From contig OX597830.1 of assembly GCA_951406725.2 (NCBI GenBank), positions 3,596,001 to 3,660,000 of the forward strand: DNA of 64,000 nt. Direction: 5' to 3'. Below the pieces are notes generated by a model. It saw only the letters and a list, made by a program, of their open reading frames with translations. It did no database searches and was not told the DNA's origin. The position numbers and the translations under genes are program-made. Positions 62,995 to 64,000 of this stretch are shown in pieces. Positions within the stretch are counted from its first letter, which is position 1; each line of letters opens with the position of its first letter. Source of the stretch: Octopus vulgaris. Its lineage: Eukaryota.

Positions 62995-64000
62995 TGATGG
63001 GTTTCTTTCAGTTTCCTTCTACTAAATCCACTCACAAAGCCAGCAGTTATAAACCAAGTGTGGAACCATGTGTTTAAGAAGCAAATGTCTTACCATACAA
63101 CCACTCTGTTTCTTTTTTTATCCTCATTATTATTTCTCAGCAGCTGAAAGGAAGGGAACGTTTCCAATGTAAGTGGGGAAGTTGAAATTTCCAAACAGAG
63201 CAGGGAAATCACATTAATACATTAATTAATAATGAATGGGGAATATTTACTTTCAAAGTCTATCAGGAAGGTTTCCTGTTGTTAATGTAATCCTCTGTTC
63301 TATGCTATTGATTTCTGGTAATGAAGCTGATGTTGATATGTTCGTTGTTGTAGTTTATCTTTTTAATGAGAAGGGAAAGCAATGCTTATGACACTTTATA
63401 GGGCCTTCATGACTGGTGGAATGGAGGGAGAAAAATATCCTTTAATAGTTACTTTGTAGAAGTGAAAGAAGCATGAAGTGATTTTCTAAACGGTGAGTGA
63501 TATGTATTCATGGGTACCCAAGGGTACCTTACCTGATTATATCAGCTTTGATACTTCATGAAGTTGTTAATATTTTAATGAACAGAAACATAAATGCATT
63601 AATAAATGGACAATGAATGAAGAACATTTAGACTGAAAATATCTGTAATCCTGTCCATTGTTTAGTAGAAGTTTGTTGTTGACTATACTTTTAACAATGT
63701 ATTGATTGACCTGTCAATAAACAAAATATTAGCAGTGAGAAGCTTGTGACTGTGTGTATCTGCTTGTGAATTGTGAATTGCCTCTTTAGTAATCTGCAAT
63801 GCTGCTTGATGACCACAATTTAATTTTTGACATTTTCATCAAAGAAACTCTCTTGTTTAATCTGTGGAAAATTTCTAAGATCTTGAGATTGAATGGATTT
63901 CCTGTTCTGATGTTCAAAGTATTCATGCTTGGAGTGCTCATGGGGGAGAAATTGTTTAATGTTGAACTATTTTCTCTCAGAATAAGTTCAAATTTTTGTA

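Larger units (their letters stand above)
61422..63107 (-). mobile_element. SINE family A split into 3' half (61422-61660) and head (62993-63107) by ~1.3 kb of nested insertions
   Basis: The halves share orientation and are collinear with intact copies; the intervening modules are separated by (TA)n. Confidence 0.75.
60330..64000 (-). mobile_element. Highly decayed Penelope-like element (RT and linker), interrupted by 61422-63107
   Basis: Minus-strand remnants lie in the order expected for a PLE protein: IDFESKYSP (~63255, cf. FDIxxFYPSI), GL*..NGVI (~61280, cf. GLYRDDGL), IHSKS (~60985), KYFP (~60525) and LLSFRYCPTIKSQIIAH (~60430, cf. ISYSCMPNxKSIIxxHN). All matches are weak. Confidence 0.45.

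Overview
AT-rich, microsatellite-dense animal genomic DNA, intergenic or deep intronic. Its SINE and LINE repertoire looks to me like an octopod cephalopod (recognition from memory, not a search). I cannot support any intact host protein-coding gene; nearly all listed ORFs are microsatellite translations or antisense shadows of transposon relics. The window is a layered transposon record. It holds an R4/Dong LINE, a Tx1/L1-like relic, a young 5'-truncated RTE LINE with a PHD-like finger inside its RT plus many RTE 3' tails, four tRNA-headed SINE families, DD37D, DD41D, mariner and Tigger relics, MITEs, a Helitron-like element, a Gypsy LTR with an inverted pol duplication, and a decayed Penelope-like element (PLE). 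The most interesting signal is a set of minimal type I hammerhead ribozyme motifs with palindromic stem III (14012-14057, 62793-62827, 7951-7984, and an inverted pair in 62088-62609). One of them sits downstream of a tRNA-derived Pol III head, suggesting a SINE-ribozyme hybrid non-autonomous element. Boundaries of decayed elements are approximate, and family labels A-E are my own.
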